Virus record (IMG/VR): IMGVR_UViG_3300031170_000001
Location: 5,977 to 69,976 of that record
Source: a virus
Lineage: Duplodnaviria > Caudoviricetes
Length of the DNA stretch: 64,000 nucleotides
Reading direction: 5' to 3' (one strand)
Shown here in pieces: positions 27,192-36,336 of this stretch (positions within the stretch are counted from its first letter, which is position 1; every line of letters begins with the position of its first letter). The notes under the pieces were generated by a model, which saw nothing but the letters and a program-made list of their open reading frames with translations, searched no databases and was not told the origin of the DNA. A program made the translations under genes and the position numbers.

Positions 27192-28120
27192 TGATTTCGC
27201 TTACCTATTTCGCCGACAGCCATGACCGGCAGGGCCGCCAGTTCACCGCGCCGTGGGCGGATATATGCGCGCGGATCGTTCATAAAATTGGTGAGAAAGA
27301 TGGTCCGGCCATAGCTTGCGCCACGTTCAACGGTCCGCGTGGTAACGCTAATTTAGTGCAACGGAGCGCCATAGCCTTGGACGTGGAAACCTCACGCGAT
27401 GGTGAGGTGCCGCCTTCCTTTGAGTTCACCGTCAACGGGCTGAAAACCCGCCGCGTGCGGTCTTTTTGCTGGACCACGCATAGCCACACCCCCGAAGCGC
27501 CACGCTACCGCGTGCTGCTGCCGTTGCCGGTGTCGCTGCCCTATGACCGCGAGATTGACGTAGCCCTTAGCGCCGCCTTGGCATCCGACCTTGCGCTGTA
27601 CTCTGTCTGCGACAGATCGAAGTTTGGCGCGGCCTCTTTGTTTTATCTGCCTAGGCACCGCGAAGGCTCAGAGTTTGCTGCTGTTGCTATCGAGGGCAGC
27701 CCCGTCAATGTCGGCAAACTCCAGACATCCGCGCTCAACATCGCGCAGCGTGTCGAGGCCAGCGCCGCCGAAGCAGCGGCTCGCCGCGCCGCCAATGCCC
27801 TGCCTGCCGAGTTGCAGGCGTTGATAGAACAGTACAACGCCACGCACCCTTTGATAGATCGACTCCCGGCTTACGGTTATCACCGCGACGGACAACGCTG
27901 GCGGTCGCGTTACCAGCATGGCCAAGGGGCCACGGTCATTCTGCCCGAAGGCACGGGTTGGGTGTCATTCAGCGAAACCGATGCCGCCGAAGGCGTGGGC
28001 CGCCGTCCCGCCCGCTCGTCATCGCAGTGTGCATGCTTTGGCGATGCCTTCTCGCTGTACGTCCACTACGAACACTACGGTTCATTTCGCGCTGCGTTGG
28101 AGTCCTTGCAATGCCCGTAA
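27188..28120 (+). CDS. Primase/primase-polymerase (AEP-like)
   Basis: IALDVE, TTHSHTPEAPRYRVLLPL, D.S...LFYLP motifs. Confidence 0.8.
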   Translation: MMISLTYFADSHDRQGRQFTAPWADICARIVHKIGEKDGPAIACATFNGPRGNANLVQRSAIALDVETSRDGEVPPSFEFTVNGLKTRRVRSFCWTTHSHTPEAPRYRVLLPLPVSLPYDREIDVALSAALASDLALYSVCDRSKFGAASLFYLPRHREGSEFAAVAIEGSPVNVGKLQTSALNIAQRVEASAAEAAARRAANALPAELQALIEQYNATHPLIDRLPAYGYHRDGQRWRSRYQHGQGATVILPEGTGWVSFSETDAAEGVGRRPARSSSQCACFGDAFSLYVHYEHYGSFRAALESLQCP

Positions 28121-29874
28121 TTCTGCCGCCTGAGCCGACGCCCGATGAAATCGCGCAGATACTTGATAGGTCCAAGGGGGCAATCGATGAAGGCCGCGAT
28201 CCACGCGCCATCCTGACCGCCGAAGAACATGGGACGTTGATCAGGCTCCACATCACCAATCCGGGGGGTGCCGCCGTGCTGCTGTCGCAGTTGCGCGACC
28301 ATGCCGAGCATCATCCTGATCTGGAACGGCGCTGGACTCCGACGCGGACTTTCCGCGTCATCACGTTCGCCAACTACGCCACCGCCGCCCGCATGTGGCA
28401 CGACGAGCAGGCGCAGGCCGAGCGCACTGCCAACGTCGTATCGTTGGCTGAGAGACGCAACGCCAATCAGCAACGGGTGCGCGGGCCTCTGGCGCAGTTG
28501 AACCCGGCGCAGATGATACTGGAACCCTCGCTGCGTATGCGCGGCATTGGCCTGCTGCGGCTGCGCCGTGACGGGCGCATCTGGTACGACGACTTCTATA
28601 AGCGAGTGATGGTCGATTGGGACGGCACGAACAGCGAAGCGACGGTGCCGGAACACACGCTTAACGACGAATTCATCCGCAACGTCGCCCTGTGGATGGT
28701 GCAGACTGATCCGAAGCTGGGCAATTCCACGGACAATCAGGTGCGGACGTGGATCGCCACGATGGCCGACATGGACAAGCGTAATGCGCCGCGTGATTGG
28801 CTCAACGGCCTGACATGGGATGGCACGCATCGCCTTGGTGTCGTCCTGTCGCGCGGATTTGGCGCGCTGCATACCGAGTTCATCGAGCAGGCAGGCCGCT
28901 GCTGGTTTGTCGGCATGGTGGCTCGCATCCTGCGCCCCGGCTGCCAGTTGGACACCATGCCCGTCCTGATCGGGCCGCAGGGCATCTTCAAGTCGCAGGC
29001 TCTACGGGTGATTGGTGGCGACTGGTACAGGTCCGCCGTCAGCGATATCCATTCCAAGGACTTCAAGCAGGAATTGTTTGGCGCGGTGGTCTTTGAAATC
29101 CCTGAGCTTCATAGCCTTGTGACCAGCAACGCCGCCGCCGCCAAGGTCAAGGCTGTCATATCCAATCAGATAGACCATTTTCGCCTGCCCTACGGTTACA
29201 CCGTCGAGGAGTTCAAGCGCACGGCTGTCATGGTGGGCACCACCAACAACCGCGACTGGCACCACGATGAAAGTGGAGCCCGTCGCTTCTGGCCGGTGCA
29301 TTGCGGCGACATTGATCTGGAGTGGTTACGCGAGAACCGCGACCAGTTGTTTGCAGAGGCACGGCATTATTTCGAGTTGCCGATGATGCGGATACCGTTG
29401 GAAGGCGATGATTACGTTGAGCGCCGTGATCCCCGGTCGATGTGGTGGAATGTGCCGCAGGAGGCTCAACGTGCGGCGATGGAGGACGAGACTTCCGAAG
29501 ACGTGTGGCAAGGCATGATCGAATCTCGGCTTGGCCGCGAGACAGTATGGAACAACGGCGACCCGGCTACTATCGTGCCGCACGACGGCTCACTTACGGA
29601 GGCGGCTGATTGGGGCAATCTGCTGACGACTGCCCGTATCGCCTATGTGTGGCTGGCCCTTAACAGTAGTGAGGCTGGGAAGCGCATGACCAGCAACCGT
29701 ATCGGTTCAATCATGCGAAACCTAGGCTGGCAACGTAGTCAACAACGCCTGCCAAGCAGCAATGTTCGTTGCTGGATATGGACCAACCCCGACGCCGCCA
29801 CCGCCCCCCTCCTGTTTACACCTTCTACAGGGGCCACTGCGAACGGTGCCGCCGACGACGATATCCCCTTCTAA
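28111..29874 (+). CDS. VapE/virulence-associated E family replicative helicase-ATPase
   Basis: PGCQLD.MPVLIGPQGIFKS, FEIPEL, RLPYG, GTTN, SGARRFWPV; start ATG 28111. Confidence 0.88.
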   Translation: MPVILPPEPTPDEIAQILDRSKGAIDEGRDPRAILTAEEHGTLIRLHITNPGGAAVLLSQLRDHAEHHPDLERRWTPTRTFRVITFANYATAARMWHDEQAQAERTANVVSLAERRNANQQRVRGPLAQLNPAQMILEPSLRMRGIGLLRLRRDGRIWYDDFYKRVMVDWDGTNSEATVPEHTLNDEFIRNVALWMVQTDPKLGNSTDNQVRTWIATMADMDKRNAPRDWLNGLTWDGTHRLGVVLSRGFGALHTEFIEQAGRCWFVGMVARILRPGCQLDTMPVLIGPQGIFKSQALRVIGGDWYRSAVSDIHSKDFKQELFGAVVFEIPELHSLVTSNAAAAKVKAVISNQIDHFRLPYGYTVEEFKRTAVMVGTTNNRDWHHDESGARRFWPVHCGDIDLEWLRENRDQLFAEARHYFELPMMRIPLEGDDYVERRDPRSMWWNVPQEAQRAAMEDETSEDVWQGMIESRLGRETVWNNGDPATIVPHDGSLTEAADWGNLLTTARIAYVWLALNSSEAGKRMTSNRIGSIMRNLGWQRSQQRLPSSNVRCWIWTNPDAATAPLLFTPSTGATANGAADDDIPF

Positions 29875-29983
29875 ACTATTTTAGCGATTGCGCTTGTATA
29901 TAGGTCGAAGCCGTGCCATCTTCCCTTTGCGCGATAACCGGCGGCGCGCAGTAAACCCTCCGCCGTAGCTAGGAGAAAAGTCG

Positions 29984-30550
29984 ATGTTCCGTTCTATCTC
30001 GTTTCCCATCACGTTAAGCCGTCCATCCGATCCCCTTGTTCTCGGGGCGCGCATGGCGGTTGCCGACGTTATCCGGCTTGAAGCCAAGTCGGCCATTGCC
30101 CGTGGCACGTCTGCGGGTATGGATGAGTTGACGCTGGGCCAGCGTCTAGTGATGAACTACGTCAACGCCTGCCGGGCCAGCCGCTTTCTGCGGGGCTTCC
30201 CGCAGGCCGTCGCCCGCTGGTGCTTTGAGGTGGAACAGGCGTCCAACGCCCTGCCCGCTACCGAAGCCTATCCGGCCGCGCAGCCCAACTGTATCGGCAG
30301 TCATGGCGGACGGTGGATCACCGTCATGCCCAACCGCACGGTGCTGATCAGTGCCGGTGGCGTGCGGGCAGTCGGCACCCTGATTGAGGGTGATGCGATT
30401 GTATCGCATGAGGTCCGCGAGGTCCGCATCTTCAAGTCGGTCAACGACAACGGCGAGCCCGAATATCAGTGCATGGTCATCATGTCGTCTGATACCGGCC
30501 ATCGTGAGGAAGTGTTCGATCCTGAGTTGGTCGAAGGCGAAGACCAGTAA
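29984..30550 (+). CDS. Hypothetical protein
   Basis: 188 aa; AGGAG RBS. Confidence 0.65.
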   Translation: MFRSISFPITLSRPSDPLVLGARMAVADVIRLEAKSAIARGTSAGMDELTLGQRLVMNYVNACRASRFLRGFPQAVARWCFEVEQASNALPATEAYPAAQPNCIGSHGGRWITVMPNRTVLISAGGVRAVGTLIEGDAIVSHEVREVRIFKSVNDNGEPEYQCMVIMSSDTGHREEVFDPELVEGEDQ

Positions 30551-31101
30551 TGCCCGTTGTATCACGCTCAGCTAGGGGGGTTGCCGCGCTAGTCGCGGCA
30601 ACCCTCAAGGTTCAGGAATTGGAACGCGACCTTGCCGATGCCAAGGCCGAAGTGGGCCGTCTGGAACGCGATGAGCTTCCGGCCGCCTTCATCGAGGATG
30701 GTATCAGCGAGTTGCGGTTGCCGGACGGCCCCGCCGCCCGGCGCGATCTGTCGGTGCAGGGTAGCCTGCCAACCGATGAACCACGCCATGCCGCAGGCTT
30801 GGAGTGGGCCGTAGCCAACGGCTACGAGGGCGTTATCCGCTCAGTCGTTTCTGCCAACTTCGGCATGGAACACCGTGCGGCTGCGCTGGATTACTACAAT
30901 GCCATGCGCCTTGATAACCGTGCATCTACCACGCTTAACGAAACCATCCATCATTCAACACTCAAAGCAATCGCCGCAGAACGAGCCAGAAACGGACAAC
31001 CAGTTGATTGGGACAATTTAGGACTGACTCTGATCCGTCGCGTAAAACTCATGCGTCCACCCATCCGCCGTACAGACACCACAGGAGAAAACGATGCCTG
31101 A
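30550..31101 (+). CDS. Conserved phage replication-region protein
   Basis: Coiled coil followed by ELPAAF.E.GISELRLPDG...IHHSTLKA. Confidence 0.7.
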   Translation: MPVVSRSARGVAALVAATLKVQELERDLADAKAEVGRLERDELPAAFIEDGISELRLPDGPAARRDLSVQGSLPTDEPRHAAGLEWAVANGYEGVIRSVVSANFGMEHRAAALDYYNAMRLDNRASTTLNETIHHSTLKAIAAERARNGQPVDWDNLGLTLIRRVKLMRPPIRRTDTTGENDA

Positions 31102-31945
31102 ATCAAATCTGCCAGCCACCTTGAGCGCCGAAGACCTTGCCCTGATGGAGGAAGGTGCCCGCACGGGCGTCGAACACTTCACCTTGCGCCAGCGTGTCGT
31201 CCCCTATCTGCGCCTTGTGCAGGCCGGGACGCCCTACGGCAAGCGCAGTCACCCGCAGTACGTCGAGGGCTGCGTTGAAGGCGACATCATCGACACGTTG
31301 ATGCTGAAGCCGATGAAGCAGGCCGTCGTCATCCCGTGCAAGTATGAGGATCATTGGACCGAATGGGAGCCCAAGACCGAGGAAGGCATGGGCCGTCTGG
31401 TCAAGCAGTGGTTCACCGACTCCAGCAAGTACGATGCCTGCCCGTCTAGCATGGGCGCGGGCATGCCGCGCACCACGGCAGAGGGCAACGTCATCAACCA
31501 GACGCCAACGTACTATTGTCTGCTGGTTGATCCCGACACCGGCACAGGCCGCCCTGTCGTGCTGGCGTTGCAGTCAACCCAAGCCAAAAAGTCGAAGAAC
31601 TGGAACGGCCTGATTGACGCGCTGACATACAACAGCCCGAACGGCGGCAGGTTCATCGCCGCCATCTACTCCCGTTCCTACGTCCTGACCACCGTGCCAG
31701 AGAAGTCGCGTAACCGGCCTGAGCCGTACATGGGCTGGGTCATCCGCGAGGGTGAACTCACCTTGTCGATGCCCAACGGACGCGCCTTGTGGAAGCACGC
31801 ACAGGAAGTCCGCGCCGCCGTTGAGCGGGGCGAAATGCGCGGCGACCAGCAAACCCCCCGTGAGGTCGATGCCGAGGTGACGACCCGTCCAACCCGCTCA
31901 AATGGGAACACGCCGCCGGTATCCGACGACGATATCCCTTTTTGA
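31094..31945 (+). CDS. Putative ssDNA-binding/annealing protein
   Basis: PYLRLVQ..P..K...GD...EW.P...YYCL; acidic tail SDDDIPF. Confidence 0.7.
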   Translation: MPESNLPATLSAEDLALMEEGARTGVEHFTLRQRVVPYLRLVQAGTPYGKRSHPQYVEGCVEGDIIDTLMLKPMKQAVVIPCKYEDHWTEWEPKTEEGMGRLVKQWFTDSSKYDACPSSMGAGMPRTTAEGNVINQTPTYYCLLVDPDTGTGRPVVLALQSTQAKKSKNWNGLIDALTYNSPNGGRFIAAIYSRSYVLTTVPEKSRNRPEPYMGWVIREGELTLSMPNGRALWKHAQEVRAAVERGEMRGDQQTPREVDAEVTTRPTRSNGNTPPVSDDDIPF

Positions 31946-31958
31946 TAGGTGAACTCTC

Positions 31959-32486
31959 ATGGCCAAATCTACTTCCAGACAGCGAAGTAACGGCAAGCGT
32001 AAGCATTCGTCTACCGTGCGGCAAAAGCCGCGCAGCCGACGTGTCATTAAAGGCAAGTACAACGGGAAGCCTGTCTATGACGCTACGACTTCTCTAGTCA
32101 TCAAGATAGGCAGGGCCGATATTGTGAAGTCTAAAATGGGCGATCCGGATCATTGCGCCGCTGCAATCGCACTGGTCCGGCAAGAGCCCATCATGGCGGC
32201 TCACGTTTATCGGTCGCGGGTGTTCATCGAGTTTCGCGACAAGGTGATACGCTACATAACGCCCGGTCGCCTGCGGCAGGAAACCATCAGCTTTGATAGA
32301 GGGACACCCGAGAAGTTTCTGGAAGGCGATTACACTTTGATTCCGCCTTCCGATTCGCTTCGGCTGGGACAAGATCATCGCAAGTGGGGCAAGGCGAAGT
32401 CCAAGAAAATCCTTGTCGAGCAACAGCCCGTCCAAGGGGCGCGTCCGTCGTCATCCGGCCACTGGCATTATTTGAGGGAAACCTGA
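31959..32486 (+). CDS. Hypothetical basic protein
   Basis: 175 aa ORF with AGGTG RBS. Confidence 0.65.
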   Translation: MAKSTSRQRSNGKRKHSSTVRQKPRSRRVIKGKYNGKPVYDATTSLVIKIGRADIVKSKMGDPDHCAAAIALVRQEPIMAAHVYRSRVFIEFRDKVIRYITPGRLRQETISFDRGTPEKFLEGDYTLIPPSDSLRLGQDHRKWGKAKSKKILVEQQPVQGARPSSSGHWHYLRET

Positions 32487-32487
32487 C

Positions 32488-32706
32488 ATGGCACTGCCGC
32501 CAAATCCTAAACTTGAAGCCGCCATTGGCCGCGCCGACACCGACACGCTCGCAGTAGCCTATGCGCTGCTGCGGGTGGGCGAAGCCCTGCGCGACCTTGA
32601 CGGGCAAAGCCCGGCACTGGTGGGGGCGCTCAACAACATCGCCAACAGGATCGAGGACGGCTTGGACAAGATTGCCAACGCCATCGACAAGCACAAAAAG
32701 CCCTGA
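32488..32706 (+). CDS. Hypothetical protein
   Basis: 72 aa; coupled ORF. Confidence 0.55.
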   Translation: MALPPNPKLEAAIGRADTDTLAVAYALLRVGEALRDLDGQSPALVGALNNIANRIEDGLDKIANAIDKHKKP

Positions 32707-32852
32707 TGTGGTCGTTGGTGGTCCTGATCCTTGGCACCATTCCGCCGCAGGGCGTGGTGGTCAAAGACCTGTCGGAGACGGAGTGCGTGGAGCAAAACCG
32801 GCGCTACTGCGACGGTGACAGGAAATTTCGCTGCAAGTGTGAGAGACAATGA
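32706..32852 (+). CDS. Small exported Cys-containing protein
   Basis: Hand-translated MWSLVVLILG...CVEQ..YC...CKC; TGATG coupling. Confidence 0.45.
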   Translation: MWSLVVLILGTIPPQGVVVKDLSETECVEQNRRYCDGDRKFRCKCERQ

Positions 32853-33013
32853 ACCTCTACATGTCCCGCGCCAAGTTTGAGTCGTTGCCGTTCCGCGAAG
32901 ACCTTGTGAACGATCCGGTGCAGGGCGCGTTGTTTCGCTCCAAGCATTGGCCCCGCAACGTATTCAAGGCTCAACCGTGGGGCTGGGACTGTTTTCGAGT
33001 GGACTTCCAATGA
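32849..33013 (+). CDS. Small hypothetical protein
   Basis: Hand-translated 54 aa; ATGA overlaps at both ends. Confidence 0.5.
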   Translation: MNLYMSRAKFESLPFREDLVNDPVQGALFRSKHWPRNVFKAQPWGWDCFRVDFQ

Positions 33014-33969
33014 ACCTGATCGACGCCCTCTCTGCCGTCGCCCCTGTCGTGGGCGACGGCAAGCTCATCCCGCAGCACGCCTACGTTCTGGTGAAGGACT
33101 CCACCCTCCATGCCACCGATGGACGGCAGTGGGTAGAAGTGTCGGTCGAAGGTGTGGGGGACAACAGCCTTTTTTGCGTGCGCTACGAGCCGCTTAGGAA
33201 GGCGCTGGAACGCGAGCATACAAGGATAGAGTCGGATGGCGACAATGGTTTGATCGTGCGTTACGGACGCGGCAGGGCACGCCTGCGCGGCGTCGATCCA
33301 GCTACCTTTCCGATGGTCAACAAGCCCGACATCACGGGGATAGTGGCGACGCCCGACGACTTCCAGAAGCGGGTGAAAGACCTCATGTCGTTCGCCGCCG
33401 ATGGCGACGGCCACGTCTGGCAACAGGCCGTCCATGTCTACGGCAACATGATATTTGCCGCCAACAGCTACGCGCTCGCCAAGACGGACATGGACCGGAT
33501 GCTGGATGTGCGTGTCGGCATCCCGATATGGGCTTGTAACTTCATCGCCAACATGGAGGGTGAGCCGCCCATATTGCGTGAACGCGGCAATATGATCAGC
33601 TTTTCGTGGCCGCAAGTTGAGCTATTCACAACCCTGCTGGTGCAGAACGCGCCCGACAACATCATCGACTTCGCCATCAACATCGCCGTGCCGACCGATC
33701 CGGTGCCCGATGGCTTGAAGGAAGCGGTCAAGCGCATCGCCGGGTATGGCGGAACGACGTGCAAGATTGGCAACGGCGAAATCACCTTCGGCACCGATGC
33801 CATCGAGCTTGTCGATGGACTGGACGTGGTGCGGGGACCGATCAAGACGTGGGGCGTCGAAACCCTTGCCGCCGCGCTGGAACACGCCAGCTTGCTTGAC
33901 CTGTCCAACACCAACGCGACGTGGGCCGGTGGCGGCTATGTCGGCATATTCAGCGGAAGGGCCAACTGA
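33010..33969 (+). CDS. DNA polymerase III beta-clamp-like protein
   Basis: AL..V...IPQHAYVLV...LHATDG...FCV...L..AL...RARLRGVDPATFP resembles the DnaN N-terminal domain; 319 aa. Confidence 0.7.
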   Translation: MNLIDALSAVAPVVGDGKLIPQHAYVLVKDSTLHATDGRQWVEVSVEGVGDNSLFCVRYEPLRKALEREHTRIESDGDNGLIVRYGRGRARLRGVDPATFPMVNKPDITGIVATPDDFQKRVKDLMSFAADGDGHVWQQAVHVYGNMIFAANSYALAKTDMDRMLDVRVGIPIWACNFIANMEGEPPILRERGNMISFSWPQVELFTTLLVQNAPDNIIDFAINIAVPTDPVPDGLKEAVKRIAGYGGTTCKIGNGEITFGTDAIELVDGLDVVRGPIKTWGVETLAAALEHASLLDLSNTNATWAGGGYVGIFSGRAN

Positions 33970-34316
33970 TGAGCGTCACCATCCACGTCAAGCTCAAGCG
34001 GGAAACCGACAAGGCCATATTGGTCGAACACGACGGTACGGATATCTGGCTGCCCAAGTCTCAGATTGACAGTCAGGTGCATGGTCCTGTCGGCACCGTG
34101 CAGGACATCGACATCAGCGATTGGATTGCCGAGCAGAAAGACCTGACGACCAGCGCGGTGGAACGCTATGTCGTTGAGCCGGGACCGCACCCTCCGACCT
34201 ATTGGGCGGTGAAGGACATGCAGGCGAACCCCATTCACGTCATGTGCCAATGCGGCAACTCCCGCGACGCCAACATCATCTGTGCGTCGTTGGAAATGAC
34301 CAAGAACAAGCTATAA
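33969..34316 (+). CDS. Hypothetical protein
   Basis: KRETDKAILVE....IWLPKSQI motif; ATG 33969. Confidence 0.65.
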   Translation: MSVTIHVKLKRETDKAILVEHDGTDIWLPKSQIDSQVHGPVGTVQDIDISDWIAEQKDLTTSAVERYVVEPGPHPPTYWAVKDMQANPIHVMCQCGNSRDANIICASLEMTKNKL

Positions 34317-34322
34317 TCAATC

Positions 34323-36254
34323 ATGCAACTGCAACTGTTCGATGATATCTCGCCTGTTAAGGTTAGAGGGAAGCGACGACAGCATGTCCAAATGTCCCGT
34401 CCCATCTTCACCAAGCCCGATGGCTGGACCCCCCACACCGCGCTTCCCGAGCTACACGGCTTTGTCGCAATCGACTCGGAAAACCATGACCCCGGTCTGT
34501 CTGCTGGCATGGGTTCATCATGGCCTTACGCTGGCGTGGGGTTTAATTGTGGTTGGGCTTTCAGTAGCGACGCTGGCGATTTCTATGTTCCTTTGGCTCA
34601 TAGCGATGGCAACGTGGACCGTGTGCGATTTCTGCGCTGGTTTGCTGCTCAAGCTGCAAAACCGGAGGTAACATTCATCTATGCAAACGCTGCCTATGAC
34701 CTTGGTTGGCTTGACCGAGAAGGTATCCGACCTGCAAACCTCCCGATTGACGTTCAAGGAATTGCGGCTCTACTTGATGAGTTCCGACATTCCTATTCTC
34801 TCGATTCCTTGGGACTCGATTACCTATCTCGCGGGAAGGCGGATAAACCGTTCCTCGCCGCCTGCGCGGCCGGGGGCCTAGGCGATCCCAAGTCGCACAT
34901 GGACATGGTGCCCGCGTGGCTGGCTGAGCCCTACGCGATTGCCGACGCCCGTCTGACGCTGGATTTATTTCATCATTTGATGCCGATGGTCAGGGACCAA
35001 CGGATGGTCCGGATACTTGATCTTGAACGCGAGTGCATACTGGTTGGCGTGGACATGAAAAAGCGTGGCGTGCGGGTGGACGTGGACCGTGCGGCTCAAC
35101 TTATGCAGGAGTTTGAGAGGAAGCGTGACCAGCAATTGGATTTGGTACGTTCTATTAGCGGCGTGGCTTGCAGTGCTACCGATAACGTATCGCTTGCAAG
35201 GGCTTTACGTGCTGAGAATCCTGCTCTGGATTTACCTCAGACTGCCACAGGTAAGGATTCGATCCGGAAGGAAGTGATCGATGCCTTGCGCTCACCTGTC
35301 GCCAACGCCATCAACGCAGCGAGACGTTATGCCAAAGCCATCAGCACGTTCCTCCAAGGTTACATTCTGGACAGCGCAGTCAACGGACGTATCCATGCTG
35401 ATTTTAATCCCCTTCGGCGGAGCGGTACTGATAACGACAGAGAAGGAATGCGTGGCACTGCTTCGGGCCGCTGGTCGTGTACCGATCCCAATCTCCAAAA
35501 CCTCCCGACCCGCGATCCGGAAATTGGCGACGCAGTTCGCGCATGCTTCCAACCTGAAAAGGGCGAGCAGTGGGGCAAGCTCGACTACGCGAGCCAAGAG
35601 CCGCGCCTAGCCGTTCACATAGCCGAGAAAGCAGGCATCCGGGGGGCCAAGGAAATGGCCGACCGCTTCCGCGCCGATCCCCACACCGACCTTCACGGCG
35701 AGGTGGGGCAGATGATGGACATCCCCCGCCGCGACGCCAAGACCATCAATCTGGCGATCCTGTACGGGGCTGGCGGTGCCGAGATATGCCGCCGCCTTGG
35801 CTTGCCGACCGTCCGGCGCAGCCACTACGAGGCTGCCGGTGTCGAAGGCCAACGCCTGCTGGACGCTCATTATAGCGCCTTCCCTTTCATCAAGGGCTTG
35901 CAGCGCGAGACAAAGGAAGCCGCCGACCGGCGCGGCTGGGTACAAACAATCGGCGGTCGTCGTTGCCACTTTCAGAAGGAAGGCGAGGAATACCAACGTA
36001 CATACAAAGCCTGTAATTCCGTGATCCAAGGGTCTGCGGCAGATCAAATGAAGCGCGCTCAGATTCAGCTTAGGCGGGCAGGGATTACCCCTTTGGTGGT
36101 AGTCCACGACGACTGCAACGTCTCCATACCGATGGGCGCGGCGGGCGATAGGGCCGTGGCGGACATCAAGGACATCATGGAGACAAGCACCCGGCTCACC
36201 ATTCCAGTCATTGCCGATGTGAAGGTTGGCGCGACGTGGGCAGAGGTCCGCTAA
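34323..36254 (+). CDS. DNA polymerase, family A
   Basis: Exonuclease motifs AIDSE, NAAYD, YAIAD; SGRWSCTDPNLQNLP, DYASQEPR, RRDAKTINLAILYG, QGSAAD, VHDD. Confidence 0.95.
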   Translation: MQLQLFDDISPVKVRGKRRQHVQMSRPIFTKPDGWTPHTALPELHGFVAIDSENHDPGLSAGMGSSWPYAGVGFNCGWAFSSDAGDFYVPLAHSDGNVDRVRFLRWFAAQAAKPEVTFIYANAAYDLGWLDREGIRPANLPIDVQGIAALLDEFRHSYSLDSLGLDYLSRGKADKPFLAACAAGGLGDPKSHMDMVPAWLAEPYAIADARLTLDLFHHLMPMVRDQRMVRILDLERECILVGVDMKKRGVRVDVDRAAQLMQEFERKRDQQLDLVRSISGVACSATDNVSLARALRAENPALDLPQTATGKDSIRKEVIDALRSPVANAINAARRYAKAISTFLQGYILDSAVNGRIHADFNPLRRSGTDNDREGMRGTASGRWSCTDPNLQNLPTRDPEIGDAVRACFQPEKGEQWGKLDYASQEPRLAVHIAEKAGIRGAKEMADRFRADPHTDLHGEVGQMMDIPRRDAKTINLAILYGAGGAEICRRLGLPTVRRSHYEAAGVEGQRLLDAHYSAFPFIKGLQRETKEAADRRGWVQTIGGRRCHFQKEGEEYQRTYKACNSVIQGSAADQMKRAQIQLRRAGITPLVVVHDDCNVSIPMGAAGDRAVADIKDIMETSTRLTIPVIADVKVGATWAEVR

Positions 36255-36283
36255 AATAATTTAAGCCGCGCGTTAAATGCCGC

Positions 36284-36312
36284 TTGTTATTTTAGCGGAA
36301 ACGGTTATGTTG
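36284..36312 (+). promoter_or_regulatory. Putative promoter with inverted operator copy
   Basis: TTGTTA...TATGTT; CCGCTAAAATAA at 36248-59 (+) and 36287-98 (-). Confidence 0.5.
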
Positions 36313-36336
36313 GGTACACCGAAATAGGAGACGGTG

